Of a stretch of DNA of 64,000 bases, positions 8,374-19,213 are shown one piece after another; the stretch's first letter is position 1, and every line of letters starts with the position of its first letter. A model generated the notes under the pieces. The model worked only from the letters and a program-made list of their open reading frames with translations. It did no database searches and was not told the DNA's origin. The position numbers were made by a program, and so were the translations under genes. The stretch covers positions 32,001-96,000 of the IMG/VR virus record IMGVR_UViG_3300025435_001056. One strand, written 5' to 3'. Source of the stretch: a virus.

Positions 8374-9957
8374 TTGGCCATAGTACAGATATCGCAAATC
8401 ACCAACCGCAAAGGATTGGCAATAGATTTACCACAGTTGGCTGGTGCCGAGTTTGGCTGGTCAACAGACACTCGACAGTTGTGGATCGGTAACGGTACCA
8501 TAGCTGATGGTGCTCCGGTTATTGGTAATACTGAAATTTTAACAGAATTTAGTGACATTCTGGCCTTTACCAATACCTACACTTACCAAGGTCGAGCTGC
8601 CGGATACGCTGTACAAACTGGCGCTACCCCAGGAACACCGGTTACCTTAAGCCTGCAACAATGGATGGATCAATTTGCTAGTGTTCTGGATTTTGGAGCA
8701 GTAGGCGACGGAGTAACTGATGATACAGCCGCAATTAATCGGGCCTTATATCAATTATATTGTAGAGAAGTCAATCCGCAAGTGCGTCGTGGTTTATTTT
8801 TTCCAGCCGGCATTTATAAAGTTTCGGGCACCATTGATATTCCTCCGTATGCCATGATAATGGGCGAAGGTATTGACAGCTCAATAATTAGTTTAGTCAA
8901 TGAAAGTGGATCCGTGCCATATGTGGCACAGACTGCCGACAGTTTACAACAGACCGGAGTTAACATTGCAACCAATGGTGCTATACCCCCACAGTATATC
9001 AACATCAGCAATATAGGATTCCAGTCAGTTGATCCTGTTGCAAACGTATTTCTTGTGGGTCAAGCTACCAACTGTCGTTTCCAGAATGTAGGCTTTAATG
9101 GTCCTCTGACCACTGCTGATTTGTATGCACCTCACTTGACAGTTGCAGTGGATTTTTACAGTACCACCACCTTGACCTGCAATCAAATTGTGTTTGATGG
9201 ATGTGTTTTTGACGGCACAGGTTATGCGGTCAACACAACCCAGTCTCTACAAGGAATCACTTTTACCAATTCAAAATTTACAACCTTTTATCAAGGTATT
9301 GTGTTGGGCAACGGAACACCTATTGCACCGGCCACAACATTTGACATAACTGGAGTTAGAATCACCGGTAATTTATTTGACAGCATCTATAGAGAAGGTG
9401 TTGTGTTTGGACAAATCACCATGAATGCGACCGGCCACAACATGTTCTACGATGTAGGAAACCATTTTACTGGAGCCACCGGCACACCTGAAACGGCTAT
9501 TATTGATTTACAATACAACAACAATATCAGCATCAGTGACCTATTCCAGCGAGTCTTGGTGTATGCATCCACTTATCCTTGTGTACAACTAAACAACCTA
9601 CAAAACATTGCCACTACTAATGGTGGACAGTTGCAGTTGGGTACTCAGATTATGGAATCAGGCACAAAGGCAACTTTGATCAACAACAACACGGGTACTA
9701 TTTTTAGCATACAAATTGATCGTATATCAGCTCTGACTGTGAGCTATACCATAAGTCGCCTACCCACAGGTATCCGTACTGGTGCCATTTCGGTAGTGAC
9801 CAATCCCTTATTTTACAGTGACGACTACATTGACAACTCCGATACCGGAGTGACTTTGAGTTTTGTACAGGTTAGCGATTTGATTAGTTTAAATTATCTG
9901 ACCACCGACACTGGATTTGATGGAACCATCAGCTATTCCGTATCTTATCATTATTGA
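8374..9957 (+). CDS. Tailspike/fibre with Mtd_N-like N-terminus and pectate-lyase-like beta-helix
   Basis: LPQLAGAEFGWSTDTRQLWIGNG; SVLDFGAVGDGVTDDTAAINRA and FPAGIY motifs; TAAATA near 8343. Confidence 0.8.
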   Translation: MAIVQISQITNRKGLAIDLPQLAGAEFGWSTDTRQLWIGNGTIADGAPVIGNTEILTEFSDILAFTNTYTYQGRAAGYAVQTGATPGTPVTLSLQQWMDQFASVLDFGAVGDGVTDDTAAINRALYQLYCREVNPQVRRGLFFPAGIYKVSGTIDIPPYAMIMGEGIDSSIISLVNESGSVPYVAQTADSLQQTGVNIATNGAIPPQYINISNIGFQSVDPVANVFLVGQATNCRFQNVGFNGPLTTADLYAPHLTVAVDFYSTTTLTCNQIVFDGCVFDGTGYAVNTTQSLQGITFTNSKFTTFYQGIVLGNGTPIAPATTFDITGVRITGNLFDSIYREGVVFGQITMNATGHNMFYDVGNHFTGATGTPETAIIDLQYNNNISISDLFQRVLVYASTYPCVQLNNLQNIATTNGGQLQLGTQIMESGTKATLINNNTGTIFSIQIDRISALTVSYTISRLPTGIRTGAISVVTNPLFYSDDYIDNSDTGVTLSFVQVSDLISLNYLTTDTGFDGTISYSVSYHY

Positions 9958-10370
9958 TGTGGCCTTTAACTTTTAGTGCCCGACTGGAGAGTTGGAGTCT
10001 CCTGCGTGATCGTTGTCAAAATATTTCTTTAGAATCTGCACTTGACGCCATTAATGAGTGGTGGTTTTTGGCACCGTGGCGTCCTTACTATCTACATTGG
10101 GATGACCAGGCCACATGGCCTGACCCTTGGCAACTTTTGAGCGACGATGTCTACTGTGATCTTGCTCGTGGGCTGGGAATCCTGTATACTGTAATTTTGC
10201 TGGACCGTGCGGATATGGCGGATGCAGAACTGATTTTAACCGAAACAGGTGATAATTTAGTCCAAGTAGCAAAAGAAAAATATATACTTAATTGGAGCAG
10301 AGAATCAGTCGTAAATACCTTCCAAGAGATTAAAATCAAACGGCGGTACCAGCAACACCCTATAAAATAA
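9957..10370 (+). CDS. Transglutaminase-like (BTLCP-like) fold protein
   Basis: WPDPWQLL...YCD...GILYT pattern. Confidence 0.4.
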   Translation: MWPLTFSARLESWSLLRDRCQNISLESALDAINEWWFLAPWRPYYLHWDDQATWPDPWQLLSDDVYCDLARGLGILYTVILLDRADMADAELILTETGDNLVQVAKEKYILNWSRESVVNTFQEIKIKRRYQQHPIK

Positions 10371-10398
10371 TAGTACATTAAAACAGAACGAGAGTTAG

Positions 10399-12723
10399 AT
10401 GACGCAGATTACAGTTGTAAAAAGAAGCGGCGCAAAAGAGCCACTACAGATTGATAAGTGGCAGGCACAAGTTGCTAAGGTATGTCAAGGAATTGCCGAT
10501 GTCAGTCAGTCCATGATAGAAATCAAAGCCCAGTTGCACTTCTATGATGGCATTACCACACAGGAGATCGACGGCATCACCCTGCGAGCCATTGTGGACT
10601 TGATTGATGTAGAATCAAATCCAGATGTAGGACATACCAACTATCAGTATGTGGCCGGCAAGCAACGTCTCAGCATGTTGCGCAAGGATGTTTACGGATC
10701 ATACGCTGTGCCGCATCTCTACAACATTGTGAAGAAGAATGTAGAAGTGGGTCTGTATACTCCAGAACTGTTGGATTGGTACACCAAGGATGATTGGAAT
10801 CGCATGAACGACATGCTGGACCATGACAAGGATGAACTATACTCATACGCGGCCATTGAACAGCTGATCGAAAAATATCTGGTGCGCAACAGAGCCACAA
10901 AGGAAATCTATGAAACCCCCCAAATTCGTTATATTATTGCGGCCGCTACTGTGTTCCATGCAGAAGAGCCCAATGCGACTAGAATGCGTTACATCAAAGA
11001 GTATTACAATGCTGCTAGTGATGGCCTGTTTACTCTTGCGACTCCTGTTCTGGCTGGACTGGGAACACCAACAAAACAATTTAGCTCTTGTGTGCTTATA
11101 CGTAGCGACGATGATCTGGATAGTATTTTTGCCTCAGGAGAAATGATGGCCAAGTATGCGGCCAAGCGAGCCGGCATCGGCTTGGAAGTTGGTCGTCTGC
11201 GTCCACTCGGTTCCGCCATTCGCGGTGGCGAAGTCATGCACACCGGTATGATTCCATTCCTTAAAAAATGGTTTGGCGATTTACGTAGTTGTAGTCAAGG
11301 AGGTATTAGAAATGCAAGTGCTACCGTATTTTATCCTATTTGGCATTATCAGTTCGATGATCTTATTGTGCTTAAGAATAATCAAGGAACAGAAGAAACA
11401 CGAGTAAGGTTCATGGACTATGGAGTTGTGCTTAATAGCTTTTTCTGGCGCAGATTCAAAAACAAAGAAATGATTACATTTTTTGATCCCAACGAAGTGC
11501 CGGACCTGTATGAAGCATTTTATCAAAACACTGAAAGATTTGAACAGCTCTATGTCAAGTACGAACGTCGTAAAGATTTAAGAACCAAGGTTATGGCCGC
11601 CGAAGATGTATTCAAAGGTGGCATACTTAAAGAACGCACAGATACCGGTCGTATCTATCTGGTGTTTATCGACAATGTTCAGAATCAAGGTCCGTTTGAT
11701 CCTGAATTCCATACCATTTACCAGAGTAACCTGTGCTGTGAAATCCTTTTACCTACTCGGCCATTCCGTCGTCTTGATGATGATGCTGGGCGTATTGCTC
11801 TTTGCACTCTTGGAAGTATTAACTGGGGTGCGTTCCGTAATCCTGAGGACATGCGCCGTGCTTGTCGTATCCTTCAGCGCAGCCTTTGCAATATTCTCGA
11901 TTATCAAGATTTTTTAAGTATTCAAAGCCAGCTGAGCAACGAAGAGATACAACCCTTGGGCATTGGTATCACCAACCTGGCCTACTGGCATGCCAAGCGC
12001 GGCCTTGAATATGGCGAAGCCGATGCCCTGCAAGAAGTCAAGACCTGGATGGAACATCAGGCCTACTACCTGACCGAAGCCACAGTGGAACTGGCTCGTG
12101 AGCGTGGCGCCTGCAAAGATTCAGCTCGCACACGCTATGGCCAAGGTGTATTTCCCTGGGAACTGCGTGCCAAGGCAGTCAACGAGTTGGTCAATTTTGA
12201 ACCCGAGTTAGACTGGGAAACCCTGCGCATGAACATGCAGGCCTATGGTGTTCGCAATGCCACCTTGATGGCAGTGGCCCCGGTTGAAAGCAGTTCGGTG
12301 GTAATCAATTCGACCAATGGTATTGAAATGCCCATGAGCCTGATCACAGTAAAAGAAAGCAAAGCCGGTAGTTTAATTCAGGTAGCACCTGAATACAACA
12401 AGCTCAAAAATAAATATCAACTCATGTGGGATCAGAAAGACTGCGAGGGTTATCTAAAAACGGCCGCTGTTATTGCGGCCTATGTTGACCAAAGCATAAG
12501 TACTAATACATTCTATTCGCCGAGACATTTTGCTGATCGTAAAGTACCATCAACACTTATTGCTAAGAATTTAATGTTAGCTCATATGTGGGGTCTTAAA
12601 ACGATGTATTACTCATTAATCGATAAACAAGGCAGTAAATCTGATAAATCAGATGATGCTGTAGCATTAGAAGTAATCGATTTTGACGAAGGCGAAGATG
12701 ATTGTTTGGCTTGTAAACTTTAA
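10399..12723 (+). CDS. nrdA: Ribonucleotide reductase class Ia alpha subunit with ATP cone
   Basis: VVKRSG cone, SSCVL, SNLCCEI, TMYY and C-terminal CLAC. Confidence 0.97.
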   Translation: MTQITVVKRSGAKEPLQIDKWQAQVAKVCQGIADVSQSMIEIKAQLHFYDGITTQEIDGITLRAIVDLIDVESNPDVGHTNYQYVAGKQRLSMLRKDVYGSYAVPHLYNIVKKNVEVGLYTPELLDWYTKDDWNRMNDMLDHDKDELYSYAAIEQLIEKYLVRNRATKEIYETPQIRYIIAAATVFHAEEPNATRMRYIKEYYNAASDGLFTLATPVLAGLGTPTKQFSSCVLIRSDDDLDSIFASGEMMAKYAAKRAGIGLEVGRLRPLGSAIRGGEVMHTGMIPFLKKWFGDLRSCSQGGIRNASATVFYPIWHYQFDDLIVLKNNQGTEETRVRFMDYGVVLNSFFWRRFKNKEMITFFDPNEVPDLYEAFYQNTERFEQLYVKYERRKDLRTKVMAAEDVFKGGILKERTDTGRIYLVFIDNVQNQGPFDPEFHTIYQSNLCCEILLPTRPFRRLDDDAGRIALCTLGSINWGAFRNPEDMRRACRILQRSLCNILDYQDFLSIQSQLSNEEIQPLGIGITNLAYWHAKRGLEYGEADALQEVKTWMEHQAYYLTEATVELARERGACKDSARTRYGQGVFPWELRAKAVNELVNFEPELDWETLRMNMQAYGVRNATLMAVAPVESSSVVINSTNGIEMPMSLITVKESKAGSLIQVAPEYNKLKNKYQLMWDQKDCEGYLKTAAVIAAYVDQSISTNTFYSPRHFADRKVPSTLIAKNLMLAHMWGLKTMYYSLIDKQGSKSDKSDDAVALEVIDFDEGEDDCLACKL

Positions 12724-12744
12724 GAAAGTATGTTACAATAGAGT

Positions 12745-13461
12745 ATGGATTATCAAAAGATTTACAATAACTTGATAGATCGTGCTACACACAGGATCAG
12801 CGAAGGCTATGTTGAAAAACATCACATAGTCCCTCGATGTCTCGGCGGTGACGATAGTAAAGAAAATATTGTAAGTCTTTATCCTGAAGAACATTATCTT
12901 GCTCACTTGCTGTTATGTAAAATAAACGAAGGTAACCAAAAGTTATTGTATGCCGCAATGAATATGACTACTGGTTCTATGATTAATAACGGTAAGCGAA
13001 ATAATAAAGCATACGGATGGCTTCGCAGACAATACGCACAATCTATGTCAGGTGATAATAATCCTAATAGACGCAATCCCGAAATACAAAAGAAAGCGGC
13101 ATTAAAGAGAGTAGGACAAACACGCTCAGAAGAAACAAAAGCAAGAATGTCGGCGGCACAAAAAGGTAGAACATTTACAGAAGAAACAAAACAGAAAATG
13201 TCTATAGCCGCAAAAAATAAACCCCCAGTTAGTCTTGAAACTCGAGAAAAACTATCAGTAAAATCTAAAGGACGAGTCGGGCCGTGGGCAGGCAAAACTG
13301 TACCTCCAGAACTTGTAGCAAAAAGAGCCGAAGCAAGACGCGGTAAAACAGATACAGAAGAAGTTAAGCTAAAGAAATCTCTTGCCGCTAAAGCGAGAGA
13401 AGCAAAGAAAAGAGAATTAAGAAATATTTTAGGAACGGATGGGTTCCTACAGAAGATTTAG
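12745..13461 (+). mobile_element. Free-standing HNH homing endonuclease with NUMOD3 repeats between nrdA and nrdB
   Basis: EKHHIVPRCLGG..N...EEHYLAH; repeated SEETKxKMS motifs. Confidence 0.88.
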
Positions 13462-13462
13462 A

Positions 13463-13753
13463 ATGGAAAAAATTGAAAGAAAAAGAATGAACGATAAAAT
13501 TAAAGAACTGACTAAACAAGCCGGTATCACGGACAATAATTTAAGTGATGGCAATATGTCCTACAACGATTTAGAAAAATTTGTTGAACTGCTTGTTAAA
13601 GAATGTGTGGGATTTAAAGCGTTAGTGACAGAAGTTCCTACTGAAGAATATATCGATGGCGTTAAAACTAATCCAGATGTGGTTCGTGGCATGAATCTTG
13701 GCATATTACTAGCGTATCGCTACATTGAAGCGGTAACTGGAGTTAAATCATGA
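13463..13753 (+). CDS. Hypothetical protein
   Basis: MNxxIKELxxQAG...LEKFxELxxxEC phage family pattern; start may be 13487. Confidence 0.65.
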   Translation: MEKIERKRMNDKIKELTKQAGITDNNLSDGNMSYNDLEKFVELLVKECVGFKALVTEVPTEEYIDGVKTNPDVVRGMNLGILLAYRYIEAVTGVKS

Positions 13754-14850
13754 GTCAAGCACAATATAACTTATCAACAAAAACAGATTACTTACATCGT
13801 AAAATGTTCCTTGACCCTGCGGGTCCTGTAACCATACAGAGATTTGAAGAGGTAAAATATTCGAAGTTAACAAAGTTTGAACAGGAAGCTCGCGGCTTTT
13901 TCTGGGTGCCCGAAGAGATTAGCTTGACTAAAGATGCCAACGATTTCAAAGAAGCCACCGACACCGTGCGTCATATCTTTACTTCAAACCTGTTACGTCA
14001 GACTGCCTTGGATAGTTTGCAAGGTCGTGGGCCCACACAGGTGTTTACACCAGTGGTATCCATTCCCGAGTTAGAAGCACTCATGTACAACTGGGGCTTC
14101 TTTGAGACCAATATTCACAGTCGTAGCTACAGTCACATCATTCGCAACATCTACAATGTGCCCAAAGAAGAATTCAACAAGATTCACGACACTGCGGAAA
14201 TTGTTGAAATGGCTAGCACCATTGGGCTCTACTATGATCGCTTACACATGATCAACTGCCGTAAAGAACTACTAGAAAAGTTTGATGAGCAACATCACAT
14301 CAAGGCCATCTGGTTGGCACTCAACGCTTCATATGGTCTTGAAGCCTTCCGCTTCATGGTTAGTTTTGCTACAAGTCTTGCCATGGTTGAGAATCGCATC
14401 TTTATCGGCAACGGCAATATTATCAGCCTGATCCTACAAGATGAAATTCTACACCGGGACTGGACAGCTTGGATTATCAATCAGGTGGTCAAAGAAGATC
14501 CACGCTTTGCCCGTGCCAAGCGAGAATGTGAAGCCGAGGTGTATGCCATGTACCTGGATGTGATCCGTGAAGAAAAACAGTGGGCTGACTACCTGTTCCA
14601 AAAAGGACCGGTAATTGGATTGAATGCACAGATTCTGAAAGATTTTGTGGACTATACCGCAGTAGGCGCTCTCAAAGAGATCGGAGTCAAATATCAGGCT
14701 CCTGTGCCAAAAACTACACCTATTCCTTGGTTCAACAAACATACAAATCTGTCTAACAAACAGTCAGCACTACAGGAAACTGAAAGTACTAACTATGTAA
14801 TTGGTGTGATGAGCGATACACTTGATTACGACGCATTACCAACATTATAA
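13750..14850 (+). CDS. nrdB: Ribonucleotide reductase class Ia beta subunit
   Basis: FFWVPEEI, ETNIHSRSY, EAFRF, DEILH, QETESTNY. Confidence 0.97.
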   Translation: MSQAQYNLSTKTDYLHRKMFLDPAGPVTIQRFEEVKYSKLTKFEQEARGFFWVPEEISLTKDANDFKEATDTVRHIFTSNLLRQTALDSLQGRGPTQVFTPVVSIPELEALMYNWGFFETNIHSRSYSHIIRNIYNVPKEEFNKIHDTAEIVEMASTIGLYYDRLHMINCRKELLEKFDEQHHIKAIWLALNASYGLEAFRFMVSFATSLAMVENRIFIGNGNIISLILQDEILHRDWTAWIINQVVKEDPRFARAKRECEAEVYAMYLDVIREEKQWADYLFQKGPVIGLNAQILKDFVDYTAVGALKEIGVKYQAPVPKTTPIPWFNKHTNLSNKQSALQETESTNYVIGVMSDTLDYDALPTL

Positions 14851-14870
14851 TAACAACAAGGAGAATTACA

Positions 14871-15095
14871 ATGAAAGCAATAGTATGGAGCAAAAACGCC
14901 TGCCCATTTTGCGTACAAGCCAAAGCACTGTTAGAATCACAGGGCATTGATTACGAAGAACGCAATGTACAAACAGATTGGACACGAGAACAGTTATTAG
15001 AGGCAGTACCTACAGCAAGAACATTACCACAGATCTTCTTGGACGATAATTACATTGGCGGATTCACAGAACTGCGAAAACATTTACAAGGATAA
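14871..15095 (+). CDS. Glutaredoxin
   Basis: CPFC, RTLPQIF, IGGF. Confidence 0.95.
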   Translation: MKAIVWSKNACPFCVQAKALLESQGIDYEERNVQTDWTREQLLEAVPTARTLPQIFLDDNYIGGFTELRKHLQG

Positions 15096-15096
15096 C

Positions 15097-15399
15097 ATGA
15101 ACATAGAAAAAAACCAGGTTTACACATTTAAATTGACCAATGCTGACGAAATTGTTGGTAAAGTAGTAGATATTACCGATGCAACCTATATTGTTGCACA
15201 GCCACTTAGTGCTGTACCTACTGAAAAAGGTCTACAGTTAATCTATACTGTGTTTACTGGAGATCCCAATGAAAATGCCACTATAAATAAAACAGCAGTA
15301 GCAATGATTTGCCAGACTCGTGCGGAAGTCGGCGATCATTACCTAGAAGCAACCACTGGTTTAAAACCAGTACGCAAGACATCAATTATAATGGGATAA
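15097..15399 (+). CDS. Sm-like-fold phage protein
   Basis: FKLxNxDEIVGK pattern. Confidence 0.5.
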   Translation: MNIEKNQVYTFKLTNADEIVGKVVDITDATYIVAQPLSAVPTEKGLQLIYTVFTGDPNENATINKTAVAMICQTRAEVGDHYLEATTGLKPVRKTSIIMG

Positions 15400-15400
15400 C

Positions 15401-15691
15401 ATGGGTCAAGCAGTACAACGAGTTGGAGATCAAAATACAGCCGGCGGCATAATACAGCAAGGTGATTCGTCGGTGTTGATCAACGGCCGTGCTGTGGCCG
15501 TCCGTGGATCGTCAGTAAGCCCGCATCCCTGTTGCGGTCATCGTGGATGCCCGCCTACACATTGTAATGCAAAAACTCAGACGGAAAATTCCACAATTTT
15601 GGTCAACGGTATACCTGTAATTGTAACCAACGACAAAGACACTTGCAGTCATCCTCGTGCCGGTGGTAGTCCTGATGTGATAATAGGCTAA
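15401..15691 (+). CDS. PAAR-domain spike tip protein (T4 gp5.4-like)
   Basis: QRVGD, VLING.AVA, VNGIPV..D..TCSH..GGSPDV; TATAAATA at 15282-15289. Confidence 0.9.
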   Translation: MGQAVQRVGDQNTAGGIIQQGDSSVLINGRAVAVRGSSVSPHPCCGHRGCPPTHCNAKTQTENSTILVNGIPVIVTNDKDTCSHPRAGGSPDVIIG

Positions 15692-15693
15692 TC

Positions 15694-17709
15694 ATGGCCA
15701 CAACTATTAGTGTATTAACTCCTTTACAACTGGATGCTGCAGCCGGCCTGTTGCAAAATCAAGGTATTGGAATCAATGCCAATTTGACCGTAGCCGTTGC
15801 ATCATATGCCAATACTAGCCTAATCTCGCCGTTTTTAAACACAATCGCTGTAGGTAGTACAGGCAATATATTATCAGCCAACACTCTGGTCAGTCTTGAA
15901 ACCTTGGCTGCCAACGCCTGTCCGGCTCTAAGCGATAGTTTACCAACTGCCTATAGCAATCTTGGCACGCAAATGATTAAAGTGATCGATGCTCAGGCTG
16001 TTCGCGACATCTGCGGCAATAATACTAGCAAGTTGGCACAGGCTGTTAATCAAGCCGATGCCTATACTAGCCAGACCAGTATTTTTATTTCTAGCGCAGT
16101 AAACAGTCAGACCTATCTTGGTAATACATTTACCACTATGAACAACATGATCACTGGTGGCATCACTGAAATTAATTTGAATACTACAGCGTTTGGTTCT
16201 GATCTTGCTAATCTTGGTCGATTGATAAATTTAAACAATCTCAACAATCTTGGTAGCCCCTTGGCCCTAGTACGACAACTGTATTCGATCAGCAGTACCA
16301 TCCCGGTTGTATCATTTGCATTCATTGCAGGTGGAGTGCCGCAACAAGTGGTGTTAACTTTGACCAATCCAACAGCCACCGTAGCTGATTCAGCACAAGC
16401 CCTCATGTATCGTGCCATGACAAAAATTGTTGGCACTGATCTACAACAAATTCTGTCGGTGTTTGGAGTGACCACAACTGGAATTGCAAACATGGCTGAC
16501 CTGTTAAATCCGGTGCGCCTGTTTCCTAACAGTTTTCAAACCTTGACTGTGCCAGCAGCACAAAAAAAACAACCTGTGGCTATCTATATCAATAGTAGTG
16601 GATCAGTTAATACGGCCTTGACAACCTTGTTGCCGCCCTATGTCATGAGTTCTACAATATCCACAGTAAACAATCAAATTGCTTACGACCGACTCAGTCA
16701 GATTATACCAGCAGACCAGGCCCTAGCTAACAAGGCCTTAGCTACCAGTTTGCAACAGGTCACCAACATTACTAATATGTCTTTGCCAACTTTAGCTAAC
16801 ACAGTATCAAATTTGCAAACTACTAGCAATCTTGATCAAGTGACTGCATTAGCTCAGGCGGTGCCTTCTGCAATAGCCAATACTATTTCCAACATAGCTG
16901 GTACTAATGGCAACACAATTGCAGTTTGTGATGTATTGGGCATTGCCGCCGGATATCAAGTGACCGATTATTTTAACAACACCGTGTCAACTTTGGCCAA
17001 TATTAATGTAGCCTACTTAACCACTATATATCAGACTATGAATAGTGTAGTTGGCAATGTGTACGGAGATCCTATAATGGGACCGGTGACAATTCCCAAT
17101 GGAAAACCAGCCGCTGGCGTTTACTATGCCGATTTACAAACCAGCAATACAGGAAATACAGGAAATACATCAAATGTAACATTATTTACAGCTGCTGACA
17201 TAGCATTTAGCGGATATAACGATCCTGACAGTGAAAACCCACCACCCACAGGTCCTGGATTATTTCCGGTGGCCACTGCTGAAATTGGAAACATAATAGT
17301 GGCCAATGCTGATCAAGTAGCTAATCTTAATAGTTATTTTAATTCTATGGCCAATCAGGTAGCAACCGAACAATTTTTACAATCCAAAGCTCAGATTGAT
17401 TTTGCAAATCTCATTGCCAACAACAGTCCCACTGTTTACAGTTTGATTTATAGTTTACCTACATATGGTCAACAACAGGAACAAGGTGGTCAAGCTCAGT
17501 TTTGGCAAGGTGTGGCCAACTTGTCGACCTTTACCGGTCAGTCCGTTGTAGCTGCCATGCGAGAAGGTATTAATAAAACAGTTTTATCCAACGCTGGAAT
17601 ACAAACAAATTCTACCATACCGGCAAATCCAAACCCACCACCCCCGCAGGCCAACCTGATACCTGCTACCTATACCAATCAACAAGCGGCCAACGCTATC
17701 ATCACCTAA
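15694..17709 (+). CDS. Putative baseplate/tail structural protein
   Basis: Follows PAAR in a late operon; A/N/T/Q-rich. Confidence 0.5.
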   Translation: MATTISVLTPLQLDAAAGLLQNQGIGINANLTVAVASYANTSLISPFLNTIAVGSTGNILSANTLVSLETLAANACPALSDSLPTAYSNLGTQMIKVIDAQAVRDICGNNTSKLAQAVNQADAYTSQTSIFISSAVNSQTYLGNTFTTMNNMITGGITEINLNTTAFGSDLANLGRLINLNNLNNLGSPLALVRQLYSISSTIPVVSFAFIAGGVPQQVVLTLTNPTATVADSAQALMYRAMTKIVGTDLQQILSVFGVTTTGIANMADLLNPVRLFPNSFQTLTVPAAQKKQPVAIYINSSGSVNTALTTLLPPYVMSSTISTVNNQIAYDRLSQIIPADQALANKALATSLQQVTNITNMSLPTLANTVSNLQTTSNLDQVTALAQAVPSAIANTISNIAGTNGNTIAVCDVLGIAAGYQVTDYFNNTVSTLANINVAYLTTIYQTMNSVVGNVYGDPIMGPVTIPNGKPAAGVYYADLQTSNTGNTGNTSNVTLFTAADIAFSGYNDPDSENPPPTGPGLFPVATAEIGNIIVANADQVANLNSYFNSMANQVATEQFLQSKAQIDFANLIANNSPTVYSLIYSLPTYGQQQEQGGQAQFWQGVANLSTFTGQSVVAAMREGINKTVLSNAGIQTNSTIPANPNPPPPQANLIPATYTNQQAANAIIT

Positions 17710-17735
17710 TCTGTTGTAAAAACACCACATCCAGT

Positions 17736-17764
17736 TTGACTCAAAAAGCCCGATAGCTTATACT
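17736..17764 (+). promoter_or_regulatory. sigma70-type promoter TTGACT-N17-TATACT
   Basis: Consensus match and spacing. Confidence 0.65.
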
Positions 17765-17793
17765 AATAACTTAGTAAACTATCAGGAACTGCC

Positions 17794-18333
17794 GTGATTT
17801 CAACTCGCGTAACAAACATAATTGGGTTGATACTTCTGTTGCTCTTGTTGGTACGCCAGGAAGTACGCATGGATCAAATAGAACAAAAGTTAGATCAGAT
17901 AGATTCGGTGATACAAACCACCGAAAGACTTCGTTACACACGATCTGAGTTAGATTGCCTGACCCGCAACATCTACTATGAAGCCGGAGTCGAAGCGGAA
18001 AAAGGCAAATATGCTGTGGCCCAGGTCACAGTCAACCGACTCAAAACCGGCTATTGGGGTCGCACAATCTGTGACGTGGTCTATGCACCCAAACAGTTTT
18101 CATGGACCATGGCCAAGATCTTGACCAAACCCAACACAGAATTGTGGTCTCAGAGCGAACAGATAGCACGCCAGGTCCTGGAAGGGCACCGTATTCCACG
18201 TCTGGCTCGTAGCTTATATTACCATGCGACTTACATACCCAACCCGAAATGGGCAGATCCTGCCGCAGAAGCTGGGCAAATAGGAAATCATGTGTTTTAC
18301 GACCGTGCTAAAGGGTCAAATTTGGCAATTTAA
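17794..18333 (+). CDS. Cell wall hydrolase (SleB/Hydrolase_2) with N-terminal membrane anchor
   Basis: CLTRNIYYEAG, VAQVTVNR, ICDVVY..QFSW, YYHA, IGNHVFY. Confidence 0.92.
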   Translation: MISTRVTNIIGLILLLLLLVRQEVRMDQIEQKLDQIDSVIQTTERLRYTRSELDCLTRNIYYEAGVEAEKGKYAVAQVTVNRLKTGYWGRTICDVVYAPKQFSWTMAKILTKPNTELWSQSEQIARQVLEGHRIPRLARSLYYHATYIPNPKWADPAAEAGQIGNHVFYDRAKGSNLAI

Positions 18334-18337
18334 GTTT

Positions 18338-18398
18338 GGTTGACCAAAAATACCCAATTTGTTATAATATTATTATAGTAAATTAAAGGAGCAGGCAA
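18338..18398 (+). promoter_or_regulatory. Early promoter/RBS cassette copy 1 (TTGACC-N17-TATAAT...AAGGAG)
   Basis: Near-identical to 44856-44915 and 46662-46722. Confidence 0.85.
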
Positions 18399-18710
18399 AT
18401 GGCATACGAATACTTGGACAAATACAGCGTCGAAGAATTACAAGGTTATTTCTCAGATTTCCACAAGGACTTTTACGGTAGCCGTCCTCGTTGGGGAACT
18501 CCTGACGAGTGGCGCAATCGCGCTTGGTTGGTTGTCAACATCGATGCCATCCATACTGCCATGGATCGGATGAAAGAGACCTACTCGGGTCGCGAACAGC
18601 TTCGTATTCAAGGGTGGGTCGTCGACGAAGCCGAGTTCAACGACATCATTGACCCAGAAGAGTATGCCAACTGGTCTGCTGATCAAGATGCTGTCTACTA
18701 TGGAGCATGA
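18399..18710 (+). CDS. Early hypothetical protein
   Basis: SDFHKDFYGxRPR motif, widespread in phages. Confidence 0.75.
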   Translation: MAYEYLDKYSVEELQGYFSDFHKDFYGSRPRWGTPDEWRNRAWLVVNIDAIHTAMDRMKETYSGREQLRIQGWVVDEAEFNDIIDPEEYANWSADQDAVYYGA

Positions 18711-18714
18711 TGTG

Positions 18715-18876
18715 ATGACTACAGATGCTCACAAGTGTACGGTATGTTCATGTGACTATACCGACGACGAAGGTGGCATACAAGGTTACTTTGGTATCCT
18801 GCCTGTAAGTTTTTGTCCAACCTGTTTCGGTTGCATGTGCGACATGGCCAGTCAGTTCATTACCGAGGAAGAATAA
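18715..18876 (+). CDS. Small Zn-finger-like protein
   Basis: CxxC...FCPTC. Confidence 0.6.
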   Translation: MTTDAHKCTVCSCDYTDDEGGIQGYFGILPVSFCPTCFGCMCDMASQFITEEE

Positions 18877-19055
18877 TGGATTATAAAAAACTGTACAACA
18901 TCAAAATGACTATGAGTCCCAAAGACATTATGACTTTTGTATCAGGCTTACATGATGTACAGATGGACATGATCGAAACTGTGGTCATGCGCAAAGAGCG
19001 TGAAGGCTTTCCAGAAGCTTCGGCAGTGATTCAGCACATCATGGAGCTAAAATGA
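18876..19055 (+). CDS. Hypothetical protein
   Basis: TAATG coupling; GAGG SD. Confidence 0.6.
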   Translation: MDYKKLYNIKMTMSPKDIMTFVSGLHDVQMDMIETVVMRKEREGFPEASAVIQHIMELK

Positions 19056-19213
19056 TTAAAAAATCTTTCCGGCATTGGTGCCAAGAAAAATGGTTTGATC
19101 ACAAAGACGAGCTAGAGTCGTATCATCAACCATTGGACCACACTGCACAACAATATTTTGAACGATACAAATATTGGTTAAAACGCGAATATCGTCATCA
19201 ACAAAATGATTAA
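19052..19213 (+). CDS. 53-aa hypothetical protein absent from the ORF track (MIKKSFRHWCQEKW...YKYWLKREY)
   Basis: ATGA coupling and GGAG SD; fills the gap between neighbours. Confidence 0.7.
   Translation: MIKKSFRHWCQEKWFDHKDELESYHQPLDHTAQQYFERYKYWLKREYRHQQND

Noticed and set aside
10399-14850. Intron or intein in nrdA/nrdB
   Set aside because: Both genes are uninterrupted and of normal length; the endonuclease is intergenic
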